Shown: positions 8,477-19,421, counted from the stretch's first letter. The stretch is 64,000 nt of DNA from Thermoanaerobaculia bacterium (GCA_036505535.1 DASXTI010000148.1:19345-83344), one strand, 5' to 3'. The notes: generated by a model not told the origin, from the letters alone. Numbers and translations: made by a program.

Positions 8477-10303
8477 TTACGGAGCCCGCCGAACAAACTC
8501 AAAGCTCGCCGCCGCAACGCGTCCCCACTCCCAGCCGGGGTCGGGGCTGACGGCGAGCACTTCGATCGAAACCTCGCGCGCCGCATCGCCGCCCGGCATC
8601 GGAAGCGGGATCTCCATCCACCCCGCCCCCGGGTCTTTGGCGATGTCGTGTCGGAAGACTTCACGCCCTTGCATTTCGACGCGCTCGACGATCCGATCCG
8701 GCAGGCCGCCACGCTCGTAGGAGTCCTCGAGGCGCAGCACGATCGTCTCCCCTGCTGTGAGCCGCGGAATCGAACAGACGGCGCGGGCGAAGTCTCCCGG
8801 GGAGGGGTCCGGATTGCGAATCGCGATCGTCGCTCGCGAGGCCTCGAACGCGGCGAGAATTCCTGAGTCGATGCGGCAACTCGTCCAGCCCTCCCCGGCA
8901 ATGGCCAGGGGAAAACGGGTTACGACCGGCGGCGGCTCGTCCTTCCGCGCGAGAAGCCTTGATAACGGCGGCACGGCAAGCAGAAGAACGATCGACCCCG
9001 AAAAGGCAAGCGCCCCGAGACCGACGAGCTCCCTGCGCGACGATCGAGCCTCGATCTCGGCCGCTGCCAGCGAGATCGCCAGAAGCTCGAGAGCGACTGC
9101 GGGAACGATCAGTCGGCCCATCGGCGAGATCAGCGCTTGGATTGCGAACTTCAGCAGAACCGCCGCGGCCACCACGAGGATCGCCCTGTTCTTCCTCCGG
9201 AAGCCGACGATGAGCGCGGCGAGAAAGAGTCCCTGGATCAAGGCAAGCTCTCGCCGCAACCAGGGAGACAAGCGCTGCGCCAGAACCGCCCCTCTTTCGC
9301 GGAGGGCGGGATCGAGTGCCTCCTTCGCTCCCAGGCTCCAAAACAGATCGTCGGCGTCGCTGTTGATCACGAGACGGAGCGCGGCGACCCCGATGCGGAA
9401 TGCATGAAACCGGTAACGGCGCTTTAGCTCAGACCAGGCGAGACGATAGGACTCTTTGCGCAGGCGTTCGGAATTGGTGACGAGGTCCGGATCGATCGAG
9501 ATCACGTACAAGGAGGGATTGGTCCAGCCGGCCATCGCGGCGCCCGGTACGGCGCTGCCCAGCAACCCCAGCCCGCCGTGCTCGGTCGTAATCGTGAGGT
9601 GGCCCGTCGCCGCCGCCCGCTGAGCGCAAAGGGCGAGGATCGGCAGGCCCGCCGCGAGCGCCAGGAGAGACACGCGCTTCCGCCGCCCTGTCACCCGCCG
9701 CAGTGCTCCCGAGGCGACGACGACAACGGGAAGAAGAACGATCAGCATTTCCTGGCGAATGGCGATGGCCAAGGCGAACAGCAGCCCGGCGGCGATCGGA
9801 TGGCCGCGATCATCCGGCATGAGCAGATTCCGGGCGGCGAGGGCAGCGAGAGCGATGGTCGGCAGGAGGACCCAGTTGTCCTGCGCCACGACGCCGGAGA
9901 AGAAGATCTGCCCCGGCCAGAGCGCGAGCAGCAGGCCCGCCGCCATTCGCCACCGAAAAGAAACGACACCCCGCCAGAGCAGAAACGGCAGGAGGGGAAG
10001 CAACCCTGTGACGACCGCCGTGGCCGTGCGCGCCACGGACACAGGCTCACCGGGGAGGAAACGGAAGAGAACCGAAAGGATCAGCGGCAGTCCCGGGTTG
10101 AACTGCTGCCAGTGCCAGCTCTTCTCCACCAAACCCTGGTCGCTCAGGCGGAGTCCGAACTCGATGAGCGCCTGAAAATCGGAGAACGGCAAGGTTGGAA
10201 ATCGGCTCACAAACGTGAGCCGCGCGCCCACGCCGAGCAGGATAAGCAGAAGGGCGCAGGCCCATTCTCGGGCCGACGGCGCTTGTCGTTCGGAGTCCGT
10301 CAC
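8477..10303 (-). CDS. GT-C / PMT(ArnT)-like polytopic membrane glycosyltransferase with soluble C-terminal domain
   Basis: GTG start overlapping the stop of the upstream methyltransferase (GTGA at 10300..10303). The N-terminus LLLILLGVGARLTFVSRFPTLPFSDFQAL..PGLPLILSVLF resembles the loop-1 region of family-39-type GT-C enzymes. There are about 11 TM spans, then a ~190-aa non-hydrophobic tail. Confidence 0.65.
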   Translation of the reverse strand: MTDSERQAPSAREWACALLLILLGVGARLTFVSRFPTLPFSDFQALIEFGLRLSDQGLVEKSWHWQQFNPGLPLILSVLFRFLPGEPVSVARTATAVVTGLLPLLPFLLWRGVVSFRWRMAAGLLLALWPGQIFFSGVVAQDNWVLLPTIALAALAARNLLMPDDRGHPIAAGLLFALAIAIRQEMLIVLLPVVVVASGALRRVTGRRKRVSLLALAAGLPILALCAQRAAATGHLTITTEHGGLGLLGSAVPGAAMAGWTNPSLYVISIDPDLVTNSERLRKESYRLAWSELKRRYRFHAFRIGVAALRLVINSDADDLFWSLGAKEALDPALRERGAVLAQRLSPWLRRELALIQGLFLAALIVGFRRKNRAILVVAAAVLLKFAIQALISPMGRLIVPAVALELLAISLAAAEIEARSSRRELVGLGALAFSGSIVLLLAVPPLSRLLARKDEPPPVVTRFPLAIAGEGWTSCRIDSGILAAFEASRATIAIRNPDPSPGDFARAVCSIPRLTAGETIVLRLEDSYERGGLPDRIVERVEMQGREVFRHDIAKDPGAGWMEIPLPMPGGDAAREVSIEVLAVSPDPGWEWGRVAAASFEFVRRAP

Positions 10304-11400
10304 TCGGCCATCGCGCCCGCAGGCCGAGTTCGCATCCAGAAGCTTGCGCCGCCGAGACTGACATTTCGCCCCGGAACGGAGAATTCCCGAAGCGCCGCCG
10401 GCGCCACGCGCATCAAGAAATAGTTCGCAATCATGACTTCAAGCGCCGCACTGTTGGCGAGCAGCCCCGCCAGAACGTACTGCTCGTTGAAATAGAGCCG
10501 CTGGAGCGGCCACTCGCGCGGATACTCGAACGGCAGAAAGATGTCATGGACGTGAACCCAGACGCCGGAGCGAAGGGACGGCACGACACGCAGCAGAAGA
10601 TGGTTGACGTCGGAACCGGTCTTCGAGACGTGGGAGCAGTCGATGAAGAGAATGTCGCCGTCGGCAAGATCGCGAAAGAAATCGAGGGGGACCTCCAGAA
10701 CCGAAGCCGCGTGGAGGCGGACTCCGGGAATCTCCGTGGCGAGAAAGGGGCGCGGATAGGGCTCGATGCAGTCGATGCGGGTCTGGCCGTTCCTGGCGGC
10801 GGCCTCGGCGGCCAGGAGCGTCGAGAAGCCTCCACCGACCTCGATGACTCGCGCCGGGCGCAGATGGCGGATCAGGGAGTAGTAGAGAACCGCGTCCTGG
10901 TGCGAGAACTCCGAGTTGCGCCAGAAGAAACGTCGGGCCTCGTCGGGCAACCCGTCGGGATCCTCCGGGAATGCGGCGAGCTCATCCCCGAAGCGGTGGA
11001 CGCGCCGCCACAGCGACAGCTGCTCTCCGGCGTCATAGCGGACGCCTGTCTCGAACCGGGCCGACCAGACGCTGTCCGTGAGCCTTTCGGGGTCGAAGAC
11101 CGGGGTGTAGAAGTGCTCGGGCAGAACCTGCAGCCCACGCGGCCGCCACCGCTCGTGGAGAGCGGCCATCTGGGCTGTCCACCCCGACTCCGTCGGACCC
11201 GCAGTGAGCTTTTCGTAAAGATGATCCGCGACGACATCTGAGGAAAGCTTCTCCAGCATCGTGCCGGCCGCACGGGCGAGATCCTCTGAATCTCGCGGCC
11301 CACCGATCCGCTCCCAGGGGATGACGGCGACGATGTCCTCGGGAGAAAGCGTGCGGGCAAGCGCGGCTCGGGCCAGACGGCGGAGGAAGGGATGTCGCAC
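10300..11400 (-). CDS. class I SAM-dependent methyltransferase (Methyltransf_24/TylF-like core with N-terminal extension)
   Basis: VIEVGGGFSTLLAAEAA (glycine-rich SAM loop), then CIEPYPRPFL, DILFIDCSHV, VWVHVHDIF. It is translationally coupled to 8477..10303. Confidence 0.7.
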   Translation of the reverse strand: MRHPFLRRLARAALARTLSPEDIVAVIPWERIGGPRDSEDLARAAGTMLEKLSSDVVADHLYEKLTAGPTESGWTAQMAALHERWRPRGLQVLPEHFYTPVFDPERLTDSVWSARFETGVRYDAGEQLSLWRRVHRFGDELAAFPEDPDGLPDEARRFFWRNSEFSHQDAVLYYSLIRHLRPARVIEVGGGFSTLLAAEAAARNGQTRIDCIEPYPRPFLATEIPGVRLHAASVLEVPLDFFRDLADGDILFIDCSHVSKTGSDVNHLLLRVVPSLRSGVWVHVHDIFLPFEYPREWPLQRLYFNEQYVLAGLLANSAALEVMIANYFLMRVAPAALREFSVPGRNVSLGGASFWMRTRPAGAMAE

Positions 11401-11463
11401 TCCGGCCTAGCCTAGCAGGCTGCCAAGAATGGATGCGGGCGTCTCGGACCTGAGCCGGAGAGC

Positions 11464-11820
11464 TTACGGACTACGAGCCGGAACCGTCGCGGTCGGCGTG
11501 GCGGCGGCAACGGTCGGAGACTCGATCCGTACGGAGGTCGCAACTTTCTTGCCGTCGCGCTCGAGCCAGCGCACGGCCACGCGGTCGCCGGCCTTCAGCG
11601 TTCCCCCCTGAACGCGCGTCGCATTTGTGCGGATCAGGGTCGTCTCCTTGCCGGCCGCGTTGCGAATGAGAAAGGTCCTCGCCGCGTCATCGATCCGCAT
11701 GACGGTTCCGGAAAGAGCGTTGCCGTGGCTCTTGGGCTTAGCCGTCGGGGTCGGCACGGCACGCGCCTTCGTAGCAGCGAAACCCACCAGCAGGCCGATG
11801 AGCATGAGCCGTCTCGTCAT
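11464..11820 (-). CDS. small exported protein, unknown function
   Basis: 118 aa with N-terminal signal peptide MTRRLMLIGLLVGFAATKARA, a beta-rich core (GTVMRIDDAARTFLIRNAAGKETTLI..GDRVAVRWLERDGKKVATSVRI) and an A/T/P-rich tail. Confidence 0.55.
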   Translation of the reverse strand: MTRRLMLIGLLVGFAATKARAVPTPTAKPKSHGNALSGTVMRIDDAARTFLIRNAAGKETTLIRTNATRVQGGTLKAGDRVAVRWLERDGKKVATSVRIESPTVAAATPTATVPARSP

Positions 11821-11842
11821 CGTTGCTCACCTTATGGAGCGG

Positions 11843-11863
11843 GACGTGAACGGAACGTGAACG
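11843..11863. promoter_or_regulatory. tandem direct repeat RACGTGAACG x2 (11-nt period) in a divergent promoter region
   Basis: gACGTGAACGgaACGTGAACGa lies 23 nt upstream of the minus-strand start at 11820 and 35 nt upstream of the plus-strand ATG at 11898. Confidence 0.3.
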
Positions 11864-11897
11864 ATTACGCTCCCGGATCAGGAATACAGTTACGCCC

Positions 11898-13577
11898 ATG
11901 AAAAAATTGCGACTTCTGTTCCCCCTCTGCCTCGCCGCCCTGGCTCTCACTCCCGCGACCGATGCCCCCTACGATCTGCTCTTCCGAGGCGGCCACGTCG
12001 TCGACGGCACGGGCGCTCCGTGGTTTGCCGCGGACGTCGGCGTGCGCGACGGGAAGATCGTCGCCGTCGGCGCGCTCGCGGGGCACGCGGCGAAGCGAAC
12101 GATCGATGCGAAGAGTTTGATCGTCGCGCCGGGCTTCATCGATCTCCTCGGCCAGTCCGAGTACAACGTCTTGGTCGACAAGCGCGCCGCCTCGAAGATC
12201 ACGCAGGGGATCACGACCGAGGTGACCGGCGAGGGAGAATCGATCGCGCCGCTCGACGACAAGCTCATCGCCGAAAGTCACGACGTCTACGAAAAGTACG
12301 GCGTCTTTCCCGATTGGAAGACGCTCGACGGATACTTCAAGACGCTGGAAGAGCGAGGCACGGCCATCAACCTCGCCACCTTCGTCGGCTCAGGCGGCGT
12401 GCGCGCGATGATCGTGGGTCGCGAGAATCGCCCCGCCACGGCCGAGGAGCTCTCGAAGATGGAGGCGGTCGTCGACCAGGCGATGCGGGAAGGGGCCCTC
12501 GGCGTCTCCTCGTCGCTCCAGTACATTCCGAACATCTATTCCTCGACCGACGAGCTGATCGCGCTGGCCAAGGTCGCGGCGCGTTACGGCGGCGCGTACT
12601 TCACGCACCAGCGCTCCGAGTCCAACCGCATCGACGCTTCGCTCGACGAGGTCTTCCGGATCGCGAAGGAGGCAGGCATCCGCACGCAGGTCTGGCACCT
12701 GAAAACGGCCTACAAACCGAACTTCGGACGTATGCCGGAGATCCTGAAGAAGATAGAGGAGGCCCGCTCTCGCGGCATCGACGTCGCCGCGAATCAGTAT
12801 CCATGGAATCGCGCCTCCAACGGCCTCGACGCGTGCCTGCCGCCGTGGGTCCGCGAGGGCGGTCGCGAGCCGCTCCTAAAGCGCCTCTCCGATCCTTCGA
12901 CGCGTGCCCGCGTCAAGGCGGACATGGACCGAGAAACGAAGGAATGGGAGAACCAGTGGCTGGGCTCGGGCGGCGCGGACGGCGTGATGGTCGCCGAGGT
13001 CTTGAGCGAGAAGCTCAAGCCCTACGAAGGAAGGACCGTCGCCCAGATCGCCGCCGACGAGAAGAAGGATCCGCGTGACGTGGTCATCGACCTTGTTCTG
13101 GCGGACCGCGCCAACGTGTACTGCATCATTTCGATCATGGACGAGAACGACGTACGCGCGGCTCTGGCCCATCCGCTCGTCTCTTTCGGATGCGACTCGC
13201 AGGCCAAGGCGATCGACGGCCCGTTCGGGAAGGAGACGTCGCACCCGCGAGGATGGGGGTCGGCGTCCCGGATCTTGGGTTACTACGTTCGCGAGCAGAA
13301 AGTGCTGCGCCTGGAAGAGGCGGTTCGCAAGATGACATCCTTCGCTGCCGAGGCGGCCGGGTTGAAGGATCGCGGCGTTGTCAAGGTCGGATTCGCGGCC
13401 GACCTCACGGTATTCGATCCCCAGACGGTCAACGCGCGCGCGACCTTCGAGAAGCCGAATCAGTACAGCGAAGGCATTCCGTACGTCGCGGTCAACGGGG
13501 TTCTCGTGGTCAACGAGGGCAAGATCACGGGCGCCGCGCCCGGAAAGGCGCTGCGGGGACCGGGCTACAAGAAGTAG
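11898..13577 (+). CDS. N-acyl-D-amino-acid deacylase (D-aminoacylase) family amidohydrolase, secreted
   Basis: Signal peptide MKKLRLLFPLCLAALALTPA, then the typical DLLFRGGHVVDGTGAPWFAADVGVRDGKIVAVG..APGFIDLLGQSE opening and C-terminal ADLTVFDP..GIPYVAVNGVLVV. Confidence 0.8.
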   Translation: MKKLRLLFPLCLAALALTPATDAPYDLLFRGGHVVDGTGAPWFAADVGVRDGKIVAVGALAGHAAKRTIDAKSLIVAPGFIDLLGQSEYNVLVDKRAASKITQGITTEVTGEGESIAPLDDKLIAESHDVYEKYGVFPDWKTLDGYFKTLEERGTAINLATFVGSGGVRAMIVGRENRPATAEELSKMEAVVDQAMREGALGVSSSLQYIPNIYSSTDELIALAKVAARYGGAYFTHQRSESNRIDASLDEVFRIAKEAGIRTQVWHLKTAYKPNFGRMPEILKKIEEARSRGIDVAANQYPWNRASNGLDACLPPWVREGGREPLLKRLSDPSTRARVKADMDRETKEWENQWLGSGGADGVMVAEVLSEKLKPYEGRTVAQIAADEKKDPRDVVIDLVLADRANVYCIISIMDENDVRAALAHPLVSFGCDSQAKAIDGPFGKETSHPRGWGSASRILGYYVREQKVLRLEEAVRKMTSFAAEAAGLKDRGVVKVGFAADLTVFDPQTVNARATFEKPNQYSEGIPYVAVNGVLVVNEGKITGAAPGKALRGPGYKK

Positions 13578-13587
13578 GTTTGGTTCG

Positions 13588-13645
13588 GTCGCGGCGCGAG
13601 GAGTCTCCGCGAAGTAACCAAGCGGAGGAGCCTCGCGCCGCGGTC
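13588..13645. terminator. long GC-rich hairpin between convergent genes (bidirectional terminator candidate)
   Basis: GTCGCGGCGCGAGGAGTCTCCGC - 11 nt - GCGGAGGAGCCTCGCGCCGCGG. The arms are complementary except for a few positions. The right arm touches the usp stop codon (13644..13646). Confidence 0.55.
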
Positions 13646-14057
13646 ATTTCACCAGCAGCGCCGGACAGCGAGAGAGGATCCCGACCTTGTGGCTGATCGT
13701 TCCAATATCCTCGGCCGGACGCTTCGCGGGGAGTCTGTGGGAGTTCATGACGATCAAGTCGATCTTCTTCTCGTCGGCATAACGCAGGATCTCGTCGACC
13801 CGGTTTCCGTAGAGGATCGCCGACTTCGAAGGGACCTTGCCGGATGCGGCGAGAAGGCGCTGCATTTTTGCGCGAGCGTTGGTCTCGAGCCTTTGGTAGA
13901 AGTCGGAAAGGCCTCGCGGATCCCCCGCGTCGACGCGCTCGATGACGTGGAGCAGCGTAACGGTCGCGTCCTTCGCCGCTCCGAGCCTCGTGGCGATTCG
14001 CACGGCGCGGGCATTCTTCTTCGAAAAATCGACCGGAACGAGAATCTTGCGGAACAT
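13644..14057 (-). CDS. universal stress protein (UspA family)
   Basis: MFRKILVPVDFSKKNARAVRIA..VTLLHVIE...IDLIVMNSH...GTISHKVGILSRCPALLVK: canonical Usp layout. Confidence 0.85.
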   Translation of the reverse strand: MFRKILVPVDFSKKNARAVRIATRLGAAKDATVTLLHVIERVDAGDPRGLSDFYQRLETNARAKMQRLLAASGKVPSKSAILYGNRVDEILRYADEKKIDLIVMNSHRLPAKRPAEDIGTISHKVGILSRCPALLVK

Positions 14058-14108
14058 CGGCCACCCCCAAAGCAGCTTTGATCAGTACACCTGCATGTCT
14101 CGCGCCAA

Positions 14109-14861
14109 TTACTTCGCCAGCGCCTTGAGCTTGCGTGCGGGCTGATCGAGGTTGAAGGTGCGGATGGCGTTCTTCTGGATGTGCGCCATCGCCTCCTCCA
14201 CCGAGTCGGTCAAGAGCAGCAGATCTAAGTCCGTGTTCGCGATCGTCCCCGCCGCGACCATCTTCACCAGCAGACCCATGGCCGTCCGATAGAACTCCGT
14301 CCCCATCAAGACGACCGGAAAATTCTCGATCTTCTCCGTCTGGATCAGGGTCAGAGCCTCGAAGAGCTCGTCCATCGTGCCGAGCCCGCCCGGCATCACG
14401 ACGAACGCATAGGAGTACTTCACGAGCATGACTTTCCGGACGAAGAAGTGCTCGAACGTCACGGAACGGTCGAGATAGGGATTCAACTCCTGCTCTTCCG
14501 GAAGGACGATGTTGCAGCCGACGGTGAAGCCGCCGGCCTCCTTCGCCCCCCGGTTGGCCGCCTCCATGATCCCCGGGCCGCCGCCGGTGATCACCGTGAA
14601 GCCCATTCGGGCCAGACCCGCTCCGACCTTGCGCGCCAGGGCGTAGTAAGGGTGGTTCTCCTTGAAGCGCGCCGAACCGAAGACCGTCACGCACGGGCCC
14701 ACGAAGTGGAGCGCCCGAAAGCCTCGGATGAACTCCGCCATGGTTCCAAGAACGGAGAGCAATTCTTTCCAGCGGGAGCGCGGCCCCGCGAGGAAGAGAC
14801 GCTCCGGCGGAGTGGGATTCGCCTCGACGGTCTGAGGGGAACCGGTAGGGTTGTCTGGCAA
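14109..14861 (-). CDS. LOG family protein (TIGR00730-type, cytokinin riboside 5'-monophosphate phosphoribohydrolase-like)
   Basis: VTVFGSARF..., GGGPGIMEAANRGA and PGGLGTMDELFE motifs. Confidence 0.85.
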   Translation of the reverse strand: MPDNPTGSPQTVEANPTPPERLFLAGPRSRWKELLSVLGTMAEFIRGFRALHFVGPCVTVFGSARFKENHPYYALARKVGAGLARMGFTVITGGGPGIMEAANRGAKEAGGFTVGCNIVLPEEQELNPYLDRSVTFEHFFVRKVMLVKYSYAFVVMPGGLGTMDELFEALTLIQTEKIENFPVVLMGTEFYRTAMGLLVKMVAAGTIANTDLDLLLLTDSVEEAMAHIQKNAIRTFNLDQPARKLKALAK

Positions 14862-14893
14862 GAGGTCTTCGCCTCGCGCCGCTTGGGCGGGCG

Positions 14894-15292
14894 TCAGCTC
14901 GGCCGGCGCGCCGCGGCCAGCCGCGCCTGGGCCAGCTCGAAGCGCCCCCGGATTTCGTCGAGAGTGTCGACGCCGGCGGTCTTCATCTCCTCTTCCGCCC
15001 GCACGCGCTCTCGCTCGGCGGCCGCCGTGTCGATCTCGCCGGCTCGCTCGGCGGAGTCCGCGAGCACGGAGACCCTATCGTCGGCGATCTCGGCAAACCC
15101 GGTCGAGATCGCGAGGGCGTCGCTGCTCCCCGCGCCGCGATACGAAAGGACCCCGGTCTTCAGCAGCGTGATCAGCGCCGCGTGCCCCGGCAGAACGCCC
15201 AGGTAGCCTTCCGAACCAGGGAGCTGAACCTCGTCCGCCTCGGTCTCGGCGACCTTGCGCTCGGGAGTGACGACGAGAAGGTGGAGAGGCAT
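14894..15292 (-). CDS. atpC: F0F1 ATP synthase subunit epsilon
   Basis: LHLLVVTPERKV..VQLPGSEGYLGVLPGHAALITLLKTGVLSY, immediately downstream of atpD. Confidence 0.9.
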   Translation of the reverse strand: MPLHLLVVTPERKVAETEADEVQLPGSEGYLGVLPGHAALITLLKTGVLSYRGAGSSDALAISTGFAEIADDRVSVLADSAERAGEIDTAAAERERVRAEEEMKTAGVDTLDEIRGRFELAQARLAAARRPS

Positions 15293-15327
15293 TACTGGTG
15301 TCCCGTAATAGAACTGATTTGCGGTTT

Positions 15328-15396
15328 GAAATCCGTAGGGGCTGCCCTTGCGGCCGCCCGCGGGCGGGGACGAGCCCCGCCCCTACGACGGATTTC
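15328..15396. repeat. GC-rich long hairpin / REP-like element in the atpD-atpC spacer
   Basis: GAAATCCGTAGGGGC-TGCCCTTGCGGCCGCCCGCGGGCGGGGACGA-GCCCCgCCCCTACgaCGGATTTC. The core GTAGGGGCTGCCCTTGCGGCCGCCC recurs at 46681..46705. Confidence 0.6.
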
Positions 15397-15422
15397 CTTA
15401 TCAAGACGTCGGCGACAGAACA

Positions 15423-16877
<1,455 letters not shown>

Positions 16878-16887
16878 TCACTCCCAG

Positions 16888-16964
16888 GTTCCATGTTCCA
16901 AGTTCCATGTTCCAAGTTCCAGGTCGTATTTCCATCTTGGAACCTGGAATCTGAAACCTGGAAC
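16888..16964. repeat. heptamer-array inverted repeat (GTTCCAN x5 / NTGGAAY x4) in the atpG-atpD spacer
   Basis: GTTCCAT GTTCCAA GTTCCAT GTTCCAA GTTCCAG - 15 nt - TTGGAAC CTGGAAT CTGAAAC CTGGAAC. Confidence 0.85.
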
Positions 16965-16971
16965 GTCCTTA

Positions 16972-17841
16972 CTATCCCAGCGCCGCCGCTCCCGAAACGA
17001 TCTCGATCAATTCCTTCGTGATCCGCGCCTGACGGGCGCGGTTGTAGGTCAGCGTCAACTTGTCGATCAGCTCGCCCGCGTTCTTCGACGCCGAGTCCAT
17101 GGCGGTCATGCGCGCGGCCATCTCCGCCGCGGAGGACTCGAGCAGAGCCAGGAAGACCGTGAACTCCAGGTACCGGGGCAACAGCCACGCGAGAATCGTC
17201 TGCGGATCGGGCTCGGTGATGTACTCGCGCCTCGTGCTCTCCTTCCCGGGAGAGGGCATCTCGGTCGACAGCGGCAGGAGCTTGACCGTCCGGACGACCT
17301 GAGAGAGGACGGAGCGAAACTCGTTCACCACGATGTAGACGGCGTCGACACGGTGAGAGAGAAACTCCTCCGAAAGGAAGGAGGCTATCTCCTTGGCGTG
17401 CCCGTACTGAAGCGAGGCGAAGATGCCGGGGTAGACCTTCTCCGTGAAGGGGACCCGCCGGCGCCTCCAGAACTCGACCGCCTTCCGACCGACCGGAAGA
17501 ATTCGCACCTCCTGCCACTCTCGGTGCGTCGAGAGCAATTGCGACGTCGCGCGATTGACGTTTGTGTTGAAGGCGCCGCAGAGTCCCCGATCGGCCGCGA
17601 GAACGACGAGAATCACCCGCTTCTCCTCGCGGGTTTCGAGCAGAGGATGATGCGCCTCGCCGGAACGCGCGGCGACGGCGGCGAGAACGTTGGAGAGGAG
17701 CCGGGAGTAGGGGCGAGCGCCGACGACGCGATCCTGAGCGCGGCGCAGTCTCGCGGCGGCGACCATCTTCATCGCCTTGGTGATCTGCTGCGTATTCTTT
17801 ATGGAGCGCAGCCGCCGCCGAATGTCGATGAGTGAAGCCAT
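16972..17841 (-). CDS. atpG: F0F1 ATP synthase subunit gamma
   Basis: MASLIDIRRRLRSIKNTQQITKAMKMVAAARLRRAQ...ITKELIEIVSGAAAL. Confidence 0.95.
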   Translation of the reverse strand: MASLIDIRRRLRSIKNTQQITKAMKMVAAARLRRAQDRVVGARPYSRLLSNVLAAVAARSGEAHHPLLETREEKRVILVVLAADRGLCGAFNTNVNRATSQLLSTHREWQEVRILPVGRKAVEFWRRRRVPFTEKVYPGIFASLQYGHAKEIASFLSEEFLSHRVDAVYIVVNEFRSVLSQVVRTVKLLPLSTEMPSPGKESTRREYITEPDPQTILAWLLPRYLEFTVFLALLESSAAEMAARMTAMDSASKNAGELIDKLTLTYNRARQARITKELIEIVSGAAALG

Positions 17842-17853
17842 CTCGCCGTCACC

Positions 17854-17881
17854 TCAATCCCAAATCCAAAATCTAAAATCG
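17854..17881. repeat. one-armed tandem heptamer array (TCAATCC CAAATCC AAAATCT AAAATCG) in the atpA-atpG spacer
   Basis: Four consecutive 7-mers fill most of the 41-nt spacer. No inverted partner is seen. Confidence 0.7.
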
Positions 17882-17882
17882 A

Positions 17883-19421
17883 TTACGCGGCCAATGCGCC
17901 CGCGTTCTCCTTGACGAACTGATCCTTGAACTCCTTGATCGCCACCGCCAGCGCCTCGTCGGTCGCCTTCTCGAGCTTCCCGGTCGCCACGATCGCCGAG
18001 AGGACCTCCTTGTGCTTTGCCTTCAGATACTCGTGGAGACCCGCCTCGAACTCGCGGATCGCCTCCACTTTGAGCGAATCCATGTAGCCCTTCGTGCCCG
18101 CGTAGATCGAGGCAACCTGAAGCTCGACATCGACCGGCTGAAACTGGGGCTGCTTCAAGAGCTCGACCATCCGCTGCCCTCGGGAGAGCTGCGCCTGAGA
18201 GGCCTTGTCGAGGTCCGAGCCGAACTGTGCGAAGGCCGCGAGGTTGCGGTACTGCGCGAGGTCCAGCCGCAGCGTGCCCGCGACCTGTTTCATCGCCTTG
18301 ATCTGCGCGTTGCCGCCGACGCGGGAGACCGAGATCCCGACGTTGACCGCGGGGCGCACCCCCGAATAGAAGAGGTCGCTCTCCAGATAAATCTGGCCGT
18401 CGGTAATCGAGATGACGTTGGTCGGAATGTACGCCGACACGTCGCTGGCCTGCGTCTCGATGATGGGAAGGGAGGTCAGCGAGCCACCCCCCCTTTCGTT
18501 GGAGAGCTTGGCCGCCCGCTCGAGCAGACGGGAGTGGAGGTAGAAGACGTCGCCGGGGTACGCCTCGCGGCCGGGAGGCCGCCTCAGAAGCAGCGAGATC
18601 TCCCGATAGGAGGCCGCGTGCTTGGAGAGATCGTCGTAAATCGTAAGCGCATGCTGCTTGTTGTAGAGGAAGTATTCGCCCATCGCGCAGCCGGCGTAGG
18701 GCGCCAGATATTGCATCGGGGCGGGATCCGAAGCCGTCGCCGAGACGATGATGGTGTGCTCTATCGCCCCGTGCTCGGCCAGCGTCTTGGCGACCTGCGC
18801 CACGGTCGACTTCTTCTGGCCGATGGCGACATAGATGCAGATGATCCCCTTCCCCTTCTGGTTGATGATCGTGTCGAGCGCGACGGCGGTCTTGCCGGTC
18901 TGGCGGTCGCCGATGATGAGCTCGCGCTGCCCGCGGCCAATAGGGATCATCGCGTCGATCGCCTTCAATCCCGTCTGGACGGGCTCCTTGACGGGTTGGC
19001 GGTCGATCACCCCCGGCGCGATGCGCTCGGTCGGGTAGCTCTCGGCCGCCTTGATTGGCCCGCGGTCGTCTAAGGGACGGCCGAGCGCGTCGACGACGCG
19101 GCCGACGAGCGCCGGCCCCACGGGGACCTCAATGATGCGGCGGGTGCGGCGGACCTCCTGCCCCTCCTTGACTTCCTGACTCGCGCCGAAGAGCACGACG
19201 CCGACCTGGTCCTGCTCGAGATTCAAGGCGAGGCCGTAGATGTCGTGGCCGAAGTCCACGAGCTCGCCCGCCATGACCTTCTCTAAGCCGTAGATGCGGG
19301 CGATCCCATCGCCGACCGACAGCACCGTGCCGACCTCCGCCACGTCGATGGCCTTCTCGTAGCTCGCGAGCTGCTGTTTGAGGATTGCCGTGATCTCGTC
19401 CGCTCTGATCTCCATGCTCAC
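17883..19421 (-). CDS. atpA: F0F1 ATP synthase subunit alpha
   Basis: Walker [40 protein letters not shown]. The start is either GTG 19421 (overlapping the atpH stop) or ATG 19415. Confidence 0.97.
   Translation of the reverse strand: MSMEIRADEITAILKQQLASYEKAIDVAEVGTVLSVGDGIARIYGLEKVMAGELVDFGHDIYGLALNLEQDQVGVVLFGASQEVKEGQEVRRTRRIIEVPVGPALVGRVVDALGRPLDDRGPIKAAESYPTERIAPGVIDRQPVKEPVQTGLKAIDAMIPIGRGQRELIIGDRQTGKTAVALDTIINQKGKGIICIYVAIGQKKSTVAQVAKTLAEHGAIEHTIIVSATASDPAPMQYLAPYAGCAMGEYFLYNKQHALTIYDDLSKHAASYREISLLLRRPPGREAYPGDVFYLHSRLLERAAKLSNERGGGSLTSLPIIETQASDVSAYIPTNVISITDGQIYLESDLFYSGVRPAVNVGISVSRVGGNAQIKAMKQVAGTLRLDLAQYRNLAAFAQFGSDLDKASQAQLSRGQRMVELLKQPQFQPVDVELQVASIYAGTKGYMDSLKVEAIREFEAGLHEYLKAKHKEVLSAIVATGKLEKATDEALAVAIKEFKDQFVKENAGALAA

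Noticed and set aside
17701-17725. Third partial copy of the GTAGGGGC motif (gagtaggggcgagcgcc) inside atpG
   Set aside because: Only the first 8-9 nt match, it lies within a conserved coding region, and it lacks the GGCCGCCC stem partner. It is most likely chance.
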